Sequence record: SRR31156797_401 | DNA: 64,000 nt | Direction: 5' to 3' (one strand) | Shown here: positions 37,859 to 48,850 of the stretch, piece after piece | Layout of the letters: each line of letters opens with the position of its first letter | Position numbering within the stretch: position 1 is the first letter of the stretch | Program-made: the position numbers and the translations under genes | The notes under the pieces: model-generated | Database searches by the model: none | What the model was told of the DNA's origin: nothing | What the model saw: only the letters and a program-made list of their open reading frames with translations

Positions 37859-38734
37859 CTAGATGATGGTTCGATAGAGTCTGTAGGCAATTCTATACTG
37901 GTCAAGCTTCATCTGGTTCCTGAGTTTTTGTTTGGGCAGAGAAGGCAAACACAACAAGCAAAAAATTCGCCACGCTGCCTGTATTGAACGAGCCCACCCA
38001 ATTTTCCGTTGCACGTTTATAGAGTAATGTTTGATTAAAAACTGTACTTCTGCTTTTATTTTTTTTTCAAAAACCGATAAGGGATCAACGTTTCGTTCGC
38101 TTTGCCCTTCCAAATGAGTTATTGCCGCTTCATGTATGAAACCAATCTCCGACCCAGCCTTTCGTATGCGCAGACACAGGTCAATATCCTCTCCATACAG
38201 GAAAAATTCCTCATCAAAACCACTGATACTGTCCATAACACTTTTACGGACAACCATCCCTGCCCCCAAAACCCAGGCAATATTACCGGGTAAGGTAGCA
38301 AACAACCCCTTGCTGTAATGCCCACCAGGATAATCATGCTCGATGGTATTATGATCTTGCCCTTGGCAGGTGATCATTTTCACCCCGCCCAATCCAACGG
38401 AGCTTTGGTGGTGCATGTATTCTCTAATATTTACCAGACACTTTGGATGTAAGACTGTATCTGGATTAAGCAAAAACAACAAATCACTGTCGCATCTAGC
38501 TACAGCCTGATTGTTTGCAGTACCAAACCCAACATTATTTTGATTGGCAATCAGCTCAACCTGTGAATAATCCTGCTTTATCACAGCAACACTGTTGTCG
38601 GTCGAGTTGTTGTCAACCACAAATACCCTCTGCCAATGATCGCTCTGTTCCATCACAGAGTTAAGGCAGGCAGGTAAAAGGTCTGCGGTATTATAATTAA
38701 CGATTATAATGGACAGCGATGGTAAATCAGACAT
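37859..38734 (-). CDS. GT2 glycosyltransferase (WbbL-like)
   Basis: IIVNYN, VDNNSTD, GFGTANN, LLNPD, FDEEFFLYGEDIDLC. Confidence 0.9.
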   Translation of the reverse strand: MSDLPSLSIIIVNYNTADLLPACLNSVMEQSDHWQRVFVVDNNSTDNSVAVIKQDYSQVELIANQNNVGFGTANNQAVARCDSDLLFLLNPDTVLHPKCLVNIREYMHHQSSVGLGGVKMITCQGQDHNTIEHDYPGGHYSKGLFATLPGNIAWVLGAGMVVRKSVMDSISGFDEEFFLYGEDIDLCLRIRKAGSEIGFIHEAAITHLEGQSERNVDPLSVFEKKIKAEVQFLIKHYSINVQRKIGWARSIQAAWRIFCLLCLPSLPKQKLRNQMKLDQYRIAYRLYRTII

Positions 38735-38844
38735 ATCTCATCGGTTTTAATCTACAATAAACAGCCGCACTTCTACTCAAAAAGAGCTTTTGCTCCACTC
38801 AAGCAAGGGGACAGGAAGACTTTTTGGTTTGCGAAAAATGCCTC

Positions 38845-40041
38845 TCAACAGTTATCCGGTGGTTTTTTATACAGCACGGCGGCAAAAAGTGAGAAAAAAA
38901 AGGTAGACTGATAGACAACAAGGTATGATTCTGTCAACATAATTACCAAGAAGAAAACTGGAAATGCAGACCTCATCCGCTGCAGTCCGTCTTTTTGTTC
39001 CCGCGCCTGCCTGAACTGGAGGAAAAAAGCAGACAACATAATCAGCAAACCAACAGCACCGAACCGGGTACCAACAAGAAAATATTGATTATGGGGGTTA
39101 TCTGTAGGTGATATTTTTGGAGACCGTTGCTGGTTGACTTTGGAGTACTCAACATCAAAGTCACCGGTGCCGACACCCAGCAATGGATAGGCTTTCATAA
39201 TCTCATACGAGTTACGCCAGTACAACAAACGCAGCCCTACAGAGGTGTTGGGGTTCTGTTCAAACTGGGCTATTTCATTGCGGGCAAGATCAACCCTGCT
39301 TCTAAACTGAGGACTCCAGGAATACCCTGCGTAAAAAAGAAGTGGCAGTAAAATTGCGGTTCCACAAACAGCCACGATCAAATTTTTTCGAAACTTCTGT
39401 AACAGAAAAAGAAAAATCAGCACAAAAAAGACTAACTGGCCCCCTCTCCCTTCGGTGATAAACATGTTAAAAAACATCACACCCAGCAAGGAGAAACCTA
39501 ACCCTTTATAAATGAGCCTGCCCTTCCCCCAAAACAGTTCATGGGCAAGCATATAAATAGCAATGGCAAGCAGGGGATTATATACCACATGAAAGGTTTT
39601 CTTAGTGATATGTTGCGGGGTAACATCAGCATAGTGAAGTAAATCAAACCAGGCCAGATACGTCATGCTCATTGCGACGGTCATGCCTGCTATAAAAGCG
39701 CCTATATACCACCGCCTTTTATTATAAACAACAAGCGTCATAAAAAGGGGCATGAGCATGAGTTTCCACATTTTCCCCAAAAATGACAGACCGGACTTGA
39801 CGTCATCACTCCATAAAAGCCCTACAACCATAAGCCCAATGTAGGCAAGTACCGCCAAACAGACCTCATTTCCCCTCACCTCGGTCAACTTCTCTTTAAA
39901 CCGCCCGTCAATAACCCCGCCAAGCAGGATAAGACAGGCAAGTACCGAAATCACGGATGTTGAAAGGGGGAGAAAAAATGCCAGTAACAGCATGCAATAA
40001 AAATTTATTTGTTGCACACGCTGGGAAAAAGATGGCCTCAT
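38845..40041 (-). CDS. O-antigen ligase family protein
   Basis: Multi-TM; TEGRGG, SVGLRL, GVGTGDF, NPHNQY. Confidence 0.88.
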   Translation of the reverse strand: MRPSFSQRVQQINFYCMLLLAFFLPLSTSVISVLACLILLGGVIDGRFKEKLTEVRGNEVCLAVLAYIGLMVVGLLWSDDVKSGLSFLGKMWKLMLMPLFMTLVVYNKRRWYIGAFIAGMTVAMSMTYLAWFDLLHYADVTPQHITKKTFHVVYNPLLAIAIYMLAHELFWGKGRLIYKGLGFSLLGVMFFNMFITEGRGGQLVFFVLIFLFLLQKFRKNLIVAVCGTAILLPLLFYAGYSWSPQFRSRVDLARNEIAQFEQNPNTSVGLRLLYWRNSYEIMKAYPLLGVGTGDFDVEYSKVNQQRSPKISPTDNPHNQYFLVGTRFGAVGLLIMLSAFFLQFRQAREQKDGLQRMRSAFPVFFLVIMLTESYLVVYQSTFFFSLFAAVLYKKPPDNC

Positions 40042-40057
40042 AGCGCTACGTCCTTAT

Positions 40058-41788
40058 TCATGCTGCATATTGCAATGAATACAGAGCTTTATATTCGCCA
40101 TCACATGCCAGCAATTCTTCATGGGTTCCAGCCTCTACCAGCCATCCGTTTTTCAGGACAATAATTCGATCTGCATTTTTAATGGTCGAAAGCCGGTGGG
40201 CAATAACAATGGTCGTTCTATTCTGCATCAGATTTTCAAGCGCATACTGGACCTTTTGCTCCGATTCTGTATCTAGTGCGGATGTTGCTTCATCCAAAAT
40301 AAGGATGGGCGCATTTTTAAGTAAAGCTCTAGCTATGGATATCCGCTGCTGTTGCCCGCCGGACAACCTGGCTCCAGACTCGCCAACAATGGTGTCAAGA
40401 CCATAGGGTAATTCATTTATAAAATCAAGGGCATAGGCAGAACGGGCCGCCTCCATAATTTCGTCATCGGAGCAGCCTTCAACGCCATACCCTATGTTGT
40501 AGCGCACAGTATCATTAAAAAGGATGGTTTGTTGGGTGACCAACGCGATCTGGCTGCGCAGTGAGTGCAGGGTAACCTCTTCAATATTTGTTCCGTCTAT
40601 TCGTAGGGAACCCGATGTGACATCGTAAAATCGGGGAATGAGATTGGCCAACGTACTTTTTCCGCCGCCACTGGGACCTACCACGGCAAGGACCTCGCCT
40701 CTCTTGACCTCCAGTTTAATATTATGGAGAACCGGATCATCATCCCCATACCTAAAGGTAATATTATCAAATTCAATACTCCGTGAGAATGGAGGCATGG
40801 GCAGAGCCCCTGCCTTTTCTCTGATATCAAGATCTATATCCAGCAGAGTAAAAATTCGCTCTGCTGCAGCCATTCCCGATTGAATAGTTGAATTGATTCT
40901 ACTAACACCTTTCACTGGCTCATAAAGCATTATCAAAGCCGTAAGAAAGGACATAAACGTTCCCGGAGTGGAGTTGCCATTAAGCACCTGCATGCCTCCA
41001 AACCAGATAATAAGAGCCATCCCAATTCCGCCAAGAAATTCCACCATAGGGTGGGATAAGCAACGGAATTTGGTTTCACTCATTAAAATATCAAAAAGCC
41101 GCTGCATATGAGATGCAAATCGGTTTTTCTCATATTTTTCCATGCAAAAGGCTTTAACAATCCGAGTACCTGCTATGGTCTCATGCAGTTGATTGGTAGA
41201 CACTCCCAAGTGAGTTTGATAGCGAGTACTGATATTGCGGAATTTTTTACCAAAGACAGTAATAGGCACTGCAGCCATGGGAATAAATATTAAAGAGACA
41301 AACGCCAAGCGCCAGTCCATATAAAAAATAACGCCGAGCAACCCAATAACCGTAAAAAAATTCCGCAACAGATGAATGAGGGCATGGGAAACTGACCCCT
41401 GGAGCATGCTGACATCATTAACAATTCTTGAAATCAACTCTCCTGTGGCATTTTTATGAAAGAAGCTCAAACTCAGATCATTGAGGTGGCTGTAGATAGC
41501 AACGCGCAAATCGCGGATGACATTTTGCCCAACCCACTCAAGCAGGTATGAATAAACAAAGTAAAAAACCCCTTTAATAAAAAAAAGTAACAGTAGGGCA
41601 ATGGGCAATATATTGAGCAGAGTGGCGTCTTTATTAAAAAATATTTCATCCAGCAATGGCTTCACCATGTACGCCTGGGCTGCATTAAAACCAGCAACAA
41701 CGATCATGGCACCCATAGCAATGAACAATTTCATCCTGTATGGTTTGAGTACATGGCCAAGCCGTAAAACAATTTCTTTAGAAGTCAT
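40058..41788 (-). CDS. msbA: Lipid A export ABC transporter MsbA
   Basis: Six-TM domain plus GPSGGGKST, LSGGQQQR, ILDEATSALD and IAHRLST; lies in an LPS cluster. Confidence 0.88.
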   Translation of the reverse strand: MTSKEIVLRLGHVLKPYRMKLFIAMGAMIVVAGFNAAQAYMVKPLLDEIFFNKDATLLNILPIALLLLFFIKGVFYFVYSYLLEWVGQNVIRDLRVAIYSHLNDLSLSFFHKNATGELISRIVNDVSMLQGSVSHALIHLLRNFFTVIGLLGVIFYMDWRLAFVSLIFIPMAAVPITVFGKKFRNISTRYQTHLGVSTNQLHETIAGTRIVKAFCMEKYEKNRFASHMQRLFDILMSETKFRCLSHPMVEFLGGIGMALIIWFGGMQVLNGNSTPGTFMSFLTALIMLYEPVKGVSRINSTIQSGMAAAERIFTLLDIDLDIREKAGALPMPPFSRSIEFDNITFRYGDDDPVLHNIKLEVKRGEVLAVVGPSGGGKSTLANLIPRFYDVTSGSLRIDGTNIEEVTLHSLRSQIALVTQQTILFNDTVRYNIGYGVEGCSDDEIMEAARSAYALDFINELPYGLDTIVGESGARLSGGQQQRISIARALLKNAPILILDEATSALDTESEQKVQYALENLMQNRTTIVIAHRLSTIKNADRIIVLKNGWLVEAGTHEELLACDGEYKALYSLQYAA

Positions 41789-41860
41789 TTATAGATAAAT
41801 AAACAGTTAAGAGTATAAAGAATAAATTCTGCAAATACGTCGACAGCGATATCCAGTCGA

Positions 41861-42742
41861 TCAATGAGCAGCCATTTTAACAAGTTGCTTAAAGCATCGC
41901 TCAACCCTGCCGGTCGAAAGAAGATACTTCCAGTAATGCTGACGTAAGTGACTACCAATAAAGTTGACTCTTGGCATTACCACCCTAACATGACCCCATC
42001 CGGGCTGCCACAGCCGGGCCTTCTTTTTTCTTCCGTGAATACTCAGGGTAGGGATGCCGAGACAGGAAGCGAGATGGCCGCCGCCGGAATCATTTCCGAT
42101 AAAGTAACCGGACTCATAAAGATAGGCTGCGCAGTCTGCGATAGTTGCAAAACCAATCAGTGGAAAAGCATTGTTAATAACCGCCCGCCACTCCTCTCTC
42201 TCAGGTTTACTCATAATAAATACCGGTTCAAAACCTGCTTTTTGTAAGCGATCACCAAGTTGCACAAATCTCTCAGGCACCCAATTCTTACTCACCTCCG
42301 CACTGGTAGGATGAATGCATATCCGTTTTTCATGTTTTCTCCAGTTTAATCCTGGTGGCGGGGTGATGCCGTTTTCTAAAACAGGTTCATAACGGGGGAA
42401 AACATGACGACAAACCACCTGCATGTTTTCGACTTGCGTCATTTCAGCCTGCTGCAAGGAAATATAATCCATCTGTCTGCGCGCCACGTCGTTATCTGCT
42501 GTACGCTGCATATTGCCAGACCAGAAAAAAAGTGTATACGCCCCCAGTTCCTCAGAAAAATCTTCCAACGGCAATGAACGTTCAACCCGATGTTGCGGAA
42601 ACCAATCCTGTAACTGATAGATAACATCGCTGTACACAGTGGTGGTATAGCCATGAAGGTGTGCATTGTAAAGCAGCACCATTTCAACAAGATTGTCTCC
42701 GAGGCCTTGACCGCCCACCAGTGCAATTGCATCTTCAGCCAT
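41861..42742 (-). CDS. GT9-family (heptosyltransferase-like) protein
   Basis: GLGD, IHPTS...KNW, IGNDSGGGHLAS. Confidence 0.82.
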   Translation of the reverse strand: MAEDAIALVGGQGLGDNLVEMVLLYNAHLHGYTTTVYSDVIYQLQDWFPQHRVERSLPLEDFSEELGAYTLFFWSGNMQRTADNDVARRQMDYISLQQAEMTQVENMQVVCRHVFPRYEPVLENGITPPPGLNWRKHEKRICIHPTSAEVSKNWVPERFVQLGDRLQKAGFEPVFIMSKPEREEWRAVINNAFPLIGFATIADCAAYLYESGYFIGNDSGGGHLASCLGIPTLSIHGRKKKARLWQPGWGHVRVVMPRVNFIGSHLRQHYWKYLLSTGRVERCFKQLVKMAAH

Positions 42743-42799
42743 TAAAAAATTCCTCTACTACAACTTCTCTCTGGCCTGCTAAGAAAAATGGGCTTCACC

Positions 42800-45091
42800 T
42801 CAAGCAAGTCCTTCATTGTAATTTCCATCGAGCTTTTTCTGTCCTTCTTTTCTACCATGGAGCCACGCTGCTGCATCGGCCAGCCCCTTATGCATATTGC
42901 CCCCTTCAAGATCGATGACAAAATAGTTAACTCCCATAGCCATCATTTCCCGGACATACGGAAAAAGAACAAATGGTACATCAGAACGGACACAGGTCAA
43001 ATCCCTTTTACGTTCAATGTTATAGGCCTCTCCCCTGGGACTGACAACATTTTTTCGAGTCTGCAAATGGGCAGCGTTAAGCTTGGCTGTAAAAAGGGCT
43101 GGTTTGCCAAATACATACATGCCAACCTGAGTGGTTGAATATCGTTGTTCCAGCTGCTCCATGCTTTTCCTGGCAGCAAGTACTTGCTGCAGTGTATCTC
43201 TGTCGGTTTCCAGAGAGAAAAGCATGCCTTGGATGTCATGCTCCCACCCGTGCACAAGGCCCGCATTATTTAGGACATTTACCGTATAGTCAGCGTACAG
43301 CTTGATAGCCGGTTCTGCAGAAAGGGACGAGAACAGGTTCACTTGTGAGATATGACCAATCTGGAAACGGCAGAACCCCATTGCGACCATATCCTTCACG
43401 CGCTTTCTATACCACTGCATATCCTTTTGATGAATAACAGGCGGCAGCATCCATATTAACTGCGGATAAAGGGCGGCAGCTTTGTTACCCATTGCTAAAA
43501 TTTGCTGACACGACTTTTCCTGTAAAAACACAAGCAGTTTTGTCGGCCGTACAGGATATCGCTGTCTAGCCGAGGGCAGCTCACTGCACCGCAACCACCA
43601 CTGTGGTTGCTGCTGTCTCTTGGAAGATGATGAGGAACGCTTTGATTTACCACGGGAACCAGCGCTATCCTGCACACCACTCGCATGCCGCCCCTGATTC
43701 CATCCCACCGACCGCAGTATCCTGTCGACCTTTAATCCATCGGCTTTCAACTTCTTGACTGACCGGCTGGGGGAGTGTACAAGGCCTTTGCCTTTAATCT
43801 CTTTTTTCCGACTTGCTTTCACATCAACCTGAAAAAGCAATCCCTGGGTTATTTTCTGCTGTTTCCCCTTTTTGTTCAAGGGCGGAAGCCCTATGATCAC
43901 GCTCTGCCCTTTTTTGGCCTCGCGAACTTGGTGATTGCTGCGAGTCATAAACTGCAGTGTAAAACTCTCACGTACATCACTTGACTCGTCCTGAAAACGC
44001 AACCGGTCACCGACACTCACATCGCATCGGAGTGCTACAGAACAAGCCGGTCTGGTTTCCCTCTGGTCTTTCCGCCTTCTGAGCACTTTTGCTTTGCCTG
44101 CAAAAACGCCTGCAACTCCAACCAAATGGGGTTTAACAATCTCTTCATGACTGCCAACAAAAAAACCGCGAGTCCGTTTTCTGCTCATAGCCTGATCAAG
44201 CAACATATTTGCCTCTTTTTGCACCCGGCCCTTCTCCTGAACAGATCCTTGAAGATTATCCAGACACAACCGATAAGCACGAACAGTCTTTCGTACATAT
44301 TCAACGGATTTCAAACGCCCTTCGATTTTCAGACTCACCACTCCAAAATGTGCCAGCTTATCGAGAAAGTCAATCCCACAGAGATCGTTCATGGAAAAGA
44401 GAAACAACCCTTGCTGCCCCTTTCCGGCCCCACTCCCCTTGGTCTGCTTAGGTGTCTGTAAACGATAATGCCGACGACACGGCTGCACACATTGCCCCCT
44501 GAGACTTGATTTACCGCCATGCATGCTTGAAAACATACAGAGCCCCGAGTAACTGAAGCACATGGCACCATGGATAAATATTTCGAGATTCGCTTTACTC
44601 TCTCGGCTAATCACACCAATTTCATCGAGGGAAAGTTCCCGAGCCAGAACTACCCTTTCAAATCCCTGATTTGTAAAATAATCAGCACCTACTGCATTAT
44701 GAACCGACATAAGGGTAGAAGCATGGAGAGGGAGTTCTGGAAAATACTTCTTCGCAAGAAAAGCAATCCCCAAGTCCTGGACGATCAATGCATCCGGCTC
44801 TATAGCTGCCAAGACGGAAAGTGTTTCCACTGCCTGTCGCACTTCCTGTTCTTTTACCAGACTGTTCATGGCAACATAAAGCCGCTTGCTGGCATCATGC
44901 GCATGCTGGGTCATTGTGCCTATATCGGCAAGGGAAAAATCGCGCCGTAAAGACCTTGCATTAAACCCAGGAGCACCGACATAAACGGCATCTGCCCCCT
45001 CTTCAAGTGCGGCCTCAAAGGCTGAAAAGGTACCTGCAGGTGCGAGCAGCTCCATGGGAGCCTGCTTCGCTAAAGATGATTTACTATGCAT
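42800..45091 (-). CDS. Peptidase U32-family Fe-S protein, long RlhA-like form (probable RNA hydroxylase)
   Basis: ELLAPAG, GADAVYVG, HAST, RVVLARELS, FIHGAMCFSYSGLC...RGQCVQPCR, LKIEGR. Confidence 0.88.
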   Translation of the reverse strand: MHSKSSLAKQAPMELLAPAGTFSAFEAALEEGADAVYVGAPGFNARSLRRDFSLADIGTMTQHAHDASKRLYVAMNSLVKEQEVRQAVETLSVLAAIEPDALIVQDLGIAFLAKKYFPELPLHASTLMSVHNAVGADYFTNQGFERVVLARELSLDEIGVISRESKANLEIFIHGAMCFSYSGLCMFSSMHGGKSSLRGQCVQPCRRHYRLQTPKQTKGSGAGKGQQGLFLFSMNDLCGIDFLDKLAHFGVVSLKIEGRLKSVEYVRKTVRAYRLCLDNLQGSVQEKGRVQKEANMLLDQAMSRKRTRGFFVGSHEEIVKPHLVGVAGVFAGKAKVLRRRKDQRETRPACSVALRCDVSVGDRLRFQDESSDVRESFTLQFMTRSNHQVREAKKGQSVIIGLPPLNKKGKQQKITQGLLFQVDVKASRKKEIKGKGLVHSPSRSVKKLKADGLKVDRILRSVGWNQGRHASGVQDSAGSRGKSKRSSSSSKRQQQPQWWLRCSELPSARQRYPVRPTKLLVFLQEKSCQQILAMGNKAAALYPQLIWMLPPVIHQKDMQWYRKRVKDMVAMGFCRFQIGHISQVNLFSSLSAEPAIKLYADYTVNVLNNAGLVHGWEHDIQGMLFSLETDRDTLQQVLAARKSMEQLEQRYSTTQVGMYVFGKPALFTAKLNAAHLQTRKNVVSPRGEAYNIERKRDLTCVRSDVPFVLFPYVREMMAMGVNYFVIDLEGGNMHKGLADAAAWLHGRKEGQKKLDGNYNEGLA

Positions 45092-45140
45092 GAAAAGTTC
45101 TTAAAAAATAAGCCTGCTGCTTGATGGCGTACACCAGCCT

Positions 45141-46607
45141 TCAGGGACCGCCAGTAAGCAGAAGAGGTTGGATATCGAGAGAGGGAAGGGGAAGAATAAA
45201 ATAAAAATTATTACCTTGAGACGTTGGTTCATAACCAGCTTCTCCACCATGCATTTCCACGACATGGCGGATAAAGGAAAGTCCGTGGCCGGTTCCCGGG
45301 ATTTGATTGCTGCCTGCCCCCCTAACACCTTCCTGGAACAGACTGTTTCCTTCTTCTTTATCCATACAGGGACCAGTGGTAAAGACGTTAAACTTTATAC
45401 TGTTATGACCGGGTTCGGGGTAGTTTTTGAGTATTTCACGCCCGTACGCCATAGCCTTACGATGTGCGCCCTTATCATCAACAATCTCCCTGGTATACTT
45501 GGCGGCATTGGAAAAGAGATTCGCATAAACCTGGGCGAGCAAGCCAATATCAACATAGATAGAAATTTCCTCCTGCTCCATATTATCAGGCTTGTCGACG
45601 CTTACATTGGCCGCCTTGAGTCTGCTGGCGTAGTGTTCCAGCTGCGGTTGGATAACGTCTTTTTCAACAAAACACTGTTTGGGGTGCAAAACAAGGTGCC
45701 CTCTTTCAAAATGTTCTTTTCGAAAAAGACTTTCCAGAAATAAACTAGTGTTGGAGTGATGCTTAACCATCTCCTGATGATAAGCAAAAAGACTATTTTG
45801 CATCTCTGCTAAAGCACTATAACAGCTTTCGCAATCGCCAGGATCTGGATTTTTTTCCATCGCCCGCTGCATATGCTCCTGAAGACCTGTTATCTCCTCA
45901 ATTTTTTTTCTAAGTTGATTAAAGATATGCTTGAAGTACATATTAGGCACGATGATATTGTGCTCAATATCAACAACAAGGGCATTGATAAACTTGAGGT
46001 GCTGGACATTCTGACGGGCAATGAGCCGATTATCCAAATTATAGCCAATCCGATTGGCATACTTGGTAAAAAAGAACCTGTCAGCTTCAGAAAGCTCTCC
46101 TCCTGCACGGAGCTCATACATACCGAGTGTATGCCCTTCACCGCAGGATCCGTTTAAATCATTCCAGAGGGTTGTTTGTCTTTGCGGCCTACAAAGTGCA
46201 GCTGCACTTCCAGTAGGCTTAAAAGGTTGTTTACTGTAAATCGGGATGATATAAGAACCTGCCCTTTCATAAGGGGTTTCATGCATTTCTACTGGATAGG
46301 CCGCAGGTTCAGGTTCCTTTAAAACTCCCCGTTCACTGGAGCAGACCAGAAAAAGCCCCTCGTTTGTTCCCTTGCACACATATAAGGCACTTGACACCCC
46401 GAGCATTGCGTAAGGAACGGAGATGCAGACACGGTAAAAATCTTCGAGAGAATCATACTCCTGGGCAAGATCGAAAAAAGCCTTTAAAAAGTCATTATGA
46501 TACTGAGCGAAGTTGTATTGTGTATAACTCTTTGTCTTATCGTGCACACGTTCGCACACCTGTTGCAGGTCATGTGGTATCGCGTTTTTTTTTGATGGCT
46601 CATTCAT
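45141..46607 (-). CDS. Atypical cytoplasmic sensor histidine kinase
   Basis: EHN putative H-box, QVYANLFSNAAKY N-box, GTGHGL G2 box, VEMHGG; no obvious TM segment. Start uncertain (46607-46655). Confidence 0.75.
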   Translation of the reverse strand: MNEPSKKNAIPHDLQQVCERVHDKTKSYTQYNFAQYHNDFLKAFFDLAQEYDSLEDFYRVCISVPYAMLGVSSALYVCKGTNEGLFLVCSSERGVLKEPEPAAYPVEMHETPYERAGSYIIPIYSKQPFKPTGSAAALCRPQRQTTLWNDLNGSCGEGHTLGMYELRAGGELSEADRFFFTKYANRIGYNLDNRLIARQNVQHLKFINALVVDIEHNIIVPNMYFKHIFNQLRKKIEEITGLQEHMQRAMEKNPDPGDCESCYSALAEMQNSLFAYHQEMVKHHSNTSLFLESLFRKEHFERGHLVLHPKQCFVEKDVIQPQLEHYASRLKAANVSVDKPDNMEQEEISIYVDIGLLAQVYANLFSNAAKYTREIVDDKGAHRKAMAYGREILKNYPEPGHNSIKFNVFTTGPCMDKEEGNSLFQEGVRGAGSNQIPGTGHGLSFIRHVVEMHGGEAGYEPTSQGNNFYFILPLPSLDIQPLLLTGGP

Positions 46608-46667
46608 AATATATGATTGCATTAAGGGGCATGCATTACGGCCTGCACTTATCAAACAGCTTGGCTT

Positions 46668-47201
46668 TCAGGATTGTGATAAAACGACTTCGTTGTTTTC
46701 TCCACTTTCTTTAAGCAGCACATCAACTCGTTCATTCTTTGCCGCATTCACCGTCATCCCTACATAATCAGGCTGAATGGGAAGTTCTCTGCCGCCACGA
46801 TCCACAAGAACAGCAAGTTGGATGGAGCGAGGCCGTCCATAATCCATGATTGCATCCATGGCAGCCCGTATGGTTCTGCCTGTAAAAACAACATCATCAA
46901 CAAGGATAACTGTCTGCTCTTCAAGAGCAAAATCAATTTCTGATTTTTTAACGATCGGATTCTGGGATATCAGGCTCCAATCATCACGGTAAAGTGTGAT
47001 ATCGAGATTACCTGTGGGAAGCAAAACTTGTTCATGATCACGGATATTTCGATGAATGCGTTCTGCCAGAAAAACACCACCTGTATGAATTCCTACAAGA
47101 GCAAGTTGTTCGACGCCATGGTTACGTTCTACTATTTCAAGACTTATACGGTCAAGGCTTCTATCAATATCCCTGCCTGTCATAATGGTTTGCGCTGCCA
47201 T
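46668..47201 (-). CDS. pyrR: Pyrimidine regulatory protein / uracil phosphoribosyltransferase
   Basis: LDITLYRDD, VILVDDVVFTGRTIRAA, VDRGGRELPIQPDYVG. Confidence 0.95.
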   Translation of the reverse strand: MAAQTIMTGRDIDRSLDRISLEIVERNHGVEQLALVGIHTGGVFLAERIHRNIRDHEQVLLPTGNLDITLYRDDWSLISQNPIVKKSEIDFALEEQTVILVDDVVFTGRTIRAAMDAIMDYGRPRSIQLAVLVDRGGRELPIQPDYVGMTVNAAKNERVDVLLKESGENNEVVLSQS

Positions 47202-47203
47202 GC

Positions 47204-47779
47204 CTACACCCTGTTCCAGAAATAATCGATTCCTTTGCTGTCAACCAGATTAATCGCTGCCGGAAAGGCCTCGCACTCCACCTCAAAAACTTTGGCTGCT
47301 ATGTCGTCCGGAGTATCTTCATAGTCAAGAGAGATGCAGCGCTGCAGTACAATCGGCCCCTGATCATACTCTTCATTGGCAAAATGTACGGTACACCCGC
47401 TGACGGTACATCCTTTTGCCTTAACAGCTTCATGCACATAATGTCCATAGTACCCCTTACCGCAAAATGAAGGGATGAGTGCAGGATGAATGTTAAGCAC
47501 AGCTCTTTCCAGCCCTTGAGGTGGGGCATACAATTTCAAATAGCCTGCTAAAACGACGAGATCGATATCGTAGTCTTTCAATATATCGTTTATAGCAATG
47601 TTGTCCTGTGCATAAAAGGCTGGGTATCCATATTTCTCAGCCTTCTCCAAGCCAAGTACAGAAGCAACATTGGACACCACTACCTGAATATCAGCCTGCA
47701 GTAATCCTTTTTCAATCTGCTGATGAAAATTATCCAATGTCCGCCCACTTCCAGACAGCAAAACTGCCATCTTCTGCAT
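47204..47779 (-). CDS. purN: Phosphoribosylglycinamide formyltransferase
   Basis: LLSGSG, VVLAGY, LNIHPALIP, GCTVHF, YDQGPI. Confidence 0.92.
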   Translation of the reverse strand: MQKMAVLLSGSGRTLDNFHQQIEKGLLQADIQVVVSNVASVLGLEKAEKYGYPAFYAQDNIAINDILKDYDIDLVVLAGYLKLYAPPQGLERAVLNIHPALIPSFCGKGYYGHYVHEAVKAKGCTVSGCTVHFANEEYDQGPIVLQRCISLDYEDTPDDIAAKVFEVECEAFPAAINLVDSKGIDYFWNRV

Positions 47780-48402
47780 TATTTTTCTCCTGTGAAAAAT
47801 GCTTCAGAAGCAGGATCAACACTGCTCATCCAGTCTGCAATAGCCTTATCATATGCTGTGGTCAACGCAAAAACCTTACCTGCCAGGTAAAAACGAGTGG
47901 CAAGTTTTGTATCGCCATACTCTTGTAACTCGGAGAGCACAAGCGAGTAGTCAGCAGGGTCAACAATCACAGTTACATCGTTAAAATTTTTAGCTGCTGC
48001 CCTCAGCAGGGTCGGCCCACCAATATCAATATTTTCTATCGCATCAACAAAACTGCACCCCTCCCCTGCAATTGTTTTTTCAAAGGCATACAGGTTAACA
48101 GCAACAATGTCGATGGAACGTATACCGTGGTCAGCACACTGCTGCTGATGATCAGCGTTATTGCGCTGGTGCAGAATACCGCCATGAACCATAGGGTGGA
48201 GGGTTTTTACCCGTCCATCCAACATCTCAGGAAAACCAGTAAATTCTGAGACATCCGTCACTTGGATGCCACTTCCACGCATTTTACTTGCTGTCCCACC
48301 TGTGGAAAGAATTTCAACACCCAGGGCAACCAATGCCTGCGCAAATTCTTCAATCCCACTTTTATCGGTTAAGCTGATAAGTGCACGCTTACCGTTTTCC
48401 AT
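47779..48402 (-). CDS. purH: Stand-alone IMP cyclohydrolase (PurH N-terminal domain only, ~207 aa)
   Basis: [57 protein letters not shown]; ends before the transformylase domain. Start ATG 48402 after AAGGAG. Confidence 0.88.
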   Translation of the reverse strand: MENGKRALISLTDKSGIEEFAQALVALGVEILSTGGTASKMRGSGIQVTDVSEFTGFPEMLDGRVKTLHPMVHGGILHQRNNADHQQQCADHGIRSIDIVAVNLYAFEKTIAGEGCSFVDAIENIDIGGPTLLRAAAKNFNDVTVIVDPADYSLVLSELQEYGDTKLATRFYLAGKVFALTTAYDKAIADWMSSVDPASEAFFTGEK

Positions 48403-48469
48403 ATATTTTCTCCTTAGTACAATTTTATCCCGGCAATTTTCCAACCTATCAACACTGACTGAAGGATAA

Positions 48470-48850
48470 TTATTGCTTTTTCAAAAATTGACGAATCTTT
48501 CTACGGTCTCTTTTATCAGGTCTACGGTCTGGTTTTCCAGCAGGAGCAGTGATTAGTCGCCGCTCTTCCTTAACCTGTTCTCTTTTGGCTATCGACTCCT
48601 GGCTTTCCTCATAGAGCAGGCGGGCAACGCTTGCAGGTCCGCGACGGTCATGCAGGCCCATAATCGTTACCACAAAGGTCAGCGCTCCTTTACGAATCTC
48701 CAGGACATCGCCTTCCTGCACGGTCCGCGAGGGCTTGACCCGCTGACCGCTTAGATGCACATGCCCACCACTGACTGCTTTAGCGGCCAAAGATCTTGTT
48801 TTAAAAAAACGGGCTGCCCACAGCCACTTGTCTATTCGGACTTTACCCAC
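48470..48850 (-). CDS. hslR: Ribosome-associated heat-shock protein Hsp15 (S4 domain)
   Basis: [32 protein letters not shown]. Confidence 0.95.
   Translation of the reverse strand: MGKVRIDKWLWAARFFKTRSLAAKAVSGGHVHLSGQRVKPSRTVQEGDVLEIRKGALTFVVTIMGLHDRRGPASVARLLYEESQESIAKREQVKEERRLITAPAGKPDRRPDKRDRRKIRQFLKKQ

Noticed and set aside
46605-46670. pyrR TGA in frame with the downstream kinase ORF
   Set aside because: PyrR is already full length, there is no GGTC-loop hairpin, and no Cys-motif context supports Sec.
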